A DNA stretch of 64,000 nt from Eledone cirrhosa. Taxonomy: Eukaryota. Where the stretch lies: assembly GCA_964016885.1 (NCBI GenBank), contig OZ024750.1, positions 33,418,001-33,482,000 on the forward strand, in the 5' to 3' direction. The notes below the pieces were generated by a model, which was not told where the DNA came from, made no database searches, and saw only the letters and a list, made by a program, of their open reading frames with translations. The translations under genes were made by a program, and so were the position numbers. Shown here piece after piece: positions 59,498 to 64,000 of the stretch. Position 1 is the first letter of the stretch, and every line of letters starts with the position of its first letter.

Positions 59498-59643
59498 TTA
59501 TTTAACGATCGTTTCTGGGATATATATGTGTTAGAATTGGCATGTATATTTAACAGATCTATGTACAAAATTATACAAAATTATACAAACTATCAAAATT
59601 AAATATACATACCAACTCATATATATGCCGTCTTCAGAAATAA
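59498..59643 (-). ncRNA. Type-I hammerhead motif with long helix II, copy 1
   Basis: TTATTT-CTGAAGA-cggcATATATATGaGTTGG...CTAACaCATATATATccca-GAAAC-GATC-GTT-AAATAA. Confidence 0.72.
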
Positions 59644-60107
59644 ACATATATATATATACACAGTATTTTCCGTAGTGTTGTAATATAGATTTAGAAAAAT
59701 AACCAATAATATATTGGTCAAAACAACAGATGGGAATCTAATTACTCACTGCCACCAAAAATTCTCACTGCTATCAAAAAACCACTCCCTCAACTATTCT
59801 TCTAACAACTTCACCCCTCCCTCCTAATATTCTCTATAAAAACCAAACAGGTTCTCAGTAAAATTATTCCGATGAAATGACAGTTGATAATAACATTGAA
59901 ATATTGAATGTCTGCATAACTAATACTTTGTAGATAGCAGCTGTTTTCAGGTTATGTAACTGTTATAGAATCACGTGTCAATAAATTCCTTTTAACTAAA
60001 CTGTATCCATTAAAATCCTTCTATATATATATATATATATATAAAATATTAAAAAAATAATGAATAAAACAATGAAACAGTTCCTTATATTAAACAAAAA
60101 AAGTTCA

Positions 60108-60253
60108 TTATTTAACGATCGTTTCTAGGATATATATGTGTTAGAATTGGCATGCATATTCAACAGATCTATGTACAAAATTATACAAAATTATACAAAC
60201 TATCAAAATTAAATATACATACCAACACATATATATGCCGTCTTCAGAAATAA
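60108..60253 (-). ncRNA. Type-I hammerhead motif with long helix II, copy 2
   Basis: Same motif; helix I TTATTT/AAATAA, palindromic ACGATCGT helix III, GTT triplet. Confidence 0.72.
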
Positions 60254-60587
60254 TATATGTATATATATGTGTTGGTATGTATATTTAATTTTGATAGTTT
60301 GTATAATTTTGTATAATTTTGTACATAGATCTGTTGAATATGCATGCCAATTCTAACACATATATATCCTAGAAACGATCGTTAAATAATGAACTTTTTT
60401 TGTTTAATATAAGGAACTGTTTCATTGTTTTATTCATTATTTTTTTAATATTTTATCTTGACTCTGTATTCCGTTTATCTTTCACCGAAAGTGATTTTTC
60501 ATTGCATCTCTTCTTTCCATGATATCCGGATTACATTGAGTTCTTCATACGGATTGGACACTACCGTAAACTCTTGGTAGATTTATC

Positions 60588-61345
<758 letters not shown>

Positions 61346-62801
61346 GACTTCAAAGAGATCAAAAATATATTATACGAATAACTTAACGATTATTTATAAA
61401 TGATTCTGTTTTCAATGAAAGAAACTACACGAAAATAAGTTCTGGGTATTCTTTTAAATTAGAGTAAAATTTAACAACAGTATTATTATTTCCAAAGACT
61501 TTTATTGAATATTTCTTTAATAAATACATTTACTGCGGTAGAAATTTGGCACCCGATATTTATGATTTATCGAAAACCGTCTACATCAAACAGAGGATAG
61601 GAAATTTTAAAATGCATTTCAATTATCAGATTTCAATAACGAATTTCATACATTTCAAGATATACTATCAATATCTTATATATCATACATAAAAAATAGT
61701 TATAATTCATATAGTGGTGACAGCTTACAGTCGTCATTCTTTATGTCTGTATTTCTAAGATGAAGTAACCATGGAAGCTTATTTCAACACAAGTGTGTCA
61801 TTGGCAGTTGCTACAAGTTCTGAAATAATTTTGTTGTAATATTGGAATCGCTGAAAACATTTAAGCCATTTAAAATCTTAGATGACATCTTCGTCTGTGT
61901 CTTAGGTCCCCGAACTGCCATTTTTTTTTCGCAAAATCAGAGAAATGGCACCCAGCCTAAGAAGCCCGTGAGGCGGAATGGCTGCTGTAGCGGGTGTCGC
62001 TGATCGTTCTTCGTAGCAATGCTTTCGCCATTTTGTCTTATAACACTTTAAATATATTATAGTCAGTCAGTGCAGCCACTGATCAGATGGGAGTAAACAC
62101 TGCACAACTAACTCTAAACCTTTGCATGGTTGAAAGTGACAATCACAACCAAATAACAATCAAATTATAAGTTTGATAGTGTTTTCAAATGTATAGATTT
62201 TATATTTGCAAGCATCAAAACGAATTCTAAAAAGAACTATAAAAACCGCTTTATTACAGGGTTCTGATCTGTTTCCTAATGTAGCTCAAGAAGTGACACA
62301 ACAAACAGCGAGCACTAATATTTACAAGACATGGGGCAATTCATTATCTATCTCCCAATAGTAAACAACTAATTTAGTGCAGGTCCAAACATCTTCCATT
62401 CATAATTCACACTCAGCAAGTATGCAGTTAGAATATTCCTATAGTCCCCTGGTGTTCAATTTGAAACCAATTGAACAGGCAGAATGAAATAGAACTCTGT
62501 ATATTGAGCATTATGTAGTGTTCCACAAGGGTTGATAAATTGCCAATTATTCTGCAAGATAAATCGAGATGAATATTGGTAGTGATGTATTATTCATTTA
62601 TCGATTTTATTTCAGGAATAGTAGATCATTTCAACCACATACAGAGACACGTTACCAATCCTTCTCTCCAATGGGAAAACAAGAAATATGCAAATTACCA
62701 ATAGTTATAAAACTATATATACACACACATACACACATAAATATACATATATATACATATATATACGTATATATACGTATATTTACGTATATATACATAT
62801 T

Positions 62802-62873
<72 letters not shown>

Positions 62874-63072
62874 GGGGGAGAGAGAGGGGGGATGGGTAGG
62901 TAAGAAGATAGATAGACCGGGCGATGTCCTTGAGCAAGTCCCTTAATTTCACGTTGCTCCTTCTGCCTGGTTTTGCAATTGGAAAGACCAATGGAAATAT
63001 TTTTCCAATTTGACGTTAAGTGAGGTTTGGGATCTTGTTGATCGACTGTTATTTCATATATATATATATATA

Positions 63073-63766
63073 AACAAAGAGGATGTGGTAAGATACCAGG
63101 TGGACAATAACGCACCAGAGTACTCGGTATTTAGGGTAGTAGAGTGGGTAATAGGAAAAGAGTCAGGACCACAATGGCTGAGCTCTTGACCGTTTCGACA
63201 GCTAGATCCGAACAAAGCCAGCAATATTAGAACGGCGGGAATCTAATTGATCTTATCGAGAGGTATAGTCCATATATGGGTATGCCGTCAAAACAAAAAA
63301 AGCAGAAATATCAAAGCAAATAATCCTATAAATTTGTTGTTTATCTTGTCTGTCACGGGGAGTGGTCAAAGTTCTGGGATGTCATGTACATGGTTAAATT
63401 CCTTCATAGTGGCGGGGGGGGGGGGGGGGCTGAACTGGCCTGAAGAACCAAAGGGAGGGGAGTAAGAGGACAGTCAGGCGTTAAGAGAAAAACCTTTACA
63501 ACTAACTTTCATTTATGTGAAACGGTAAACTACAATTCAAAGAGGTAGGAATATAATTTCAGAATGTAAGAATCAAGGAAGGGATTTAGATTCTCTCTTA
63601 ACGCCTGGCCGTTCTAATATTGCCAGCTTAGTTCGAATCTAGCTGTCGAAACGGCCGGAGCTCAGCCGTCGGGGTCCTACTCGTTCCTATTACCCAATCT
63701 ACTACCCTAAGTATTGAGTAGTTTGGTGCGTTATGGTTGACCTGGTTCCTTACCACATTTCCTTCG

Positions 63767-63767
<1 letters not shown>
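63073..63767. mobile_element. Longer family P variant as an inverted pair (63073-63238 minus, ~63605-63767 plus) with a ~350-bp interior
   Basis: Both arms extend past GAAAC into gccgttctaatattgc..gctt.gttcg.atctagctgtc; (TA)n at both outer ends. Confidence 0.75.
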
Positions 63768-63815
<48 letters not shown>

Positions 63816-64000
63816 AAAGAATAGAGGTGTAACACACAAGTTATTATATATTGGTAAACGGAATAGAAAATGCTGACAAATTGTTCACAGTTGAAAAATG
63901 GTTTAATTAGGAATAAAAGAGTATTAGTGATTGTATGGGTTAGTATTCAGTTGTGGTTTTAAGTTTTTAAGTTTTTACCGGTTGCGCATTTCTAAATGCT

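Larger units (their letters stand above)
59432..60455 (-). mobile_element. Double-hammerhead element: direct repeats 59432-59643 and 60042-60253 plus inverted partial arm 60262-60455
   Basis: ~212-bp near-identical direct repeats 610 nt apart, each next to (TA)n. Confidence 0.85.

Noticed and set aside
61880-62040. GC-richer island with caaaATGGCG on the minus strand (MAKALLRRTISD...)
   Set aside because: The frame stops after 24 codons and I see no clear splice donor or homology; a short exon cannot be excluded without RNA-seq

Overview
AT-rich, microsatellite-saturated animal genomic DNA. The SINE families point to an octopus/cephalopod (inference). I find no host protein-coding gene; most ORFs in the track are translations of (TA)n, (CA)n or (GA)n tracts. 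Recognisable content: one intronless tRNA-Arg(TCT) gene; a 5'-truncated but uninterrupted CR1-type LINE RT ORF; fragments of CRE-like, R4/Dong-like, RTE and L1/Tx1-like retrotransposons; a non-autonomous Helitron; hAT and mariner/pogo MITEs (one with a 41-bp minisatellite inside); and about 25 tRNA-derived SINE copies. The main unexplained signal is a dense set of short non-coding elements anchored in (TA)n tracts. They occur as fold-back (inverted) or partial-tandem (direct) repeats and carry type-I hammerhead-ribozyme motifs (CTGANGA or the compensatory TTGANAA, then GAAAC, an often palindromic helix III, and GTH). About a dozen such motifs are visible, from many unrelated sequence families. 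One direct repeat starts at the predicted self-cleavage site, and another locus has two hammerheads 610 nt apart. This fits Penelope-like pLTR or retrozyme-type non-autonomous retroelements. All pairings were read by eye; no folding or database search was run, and repeat boundaries are approximate.
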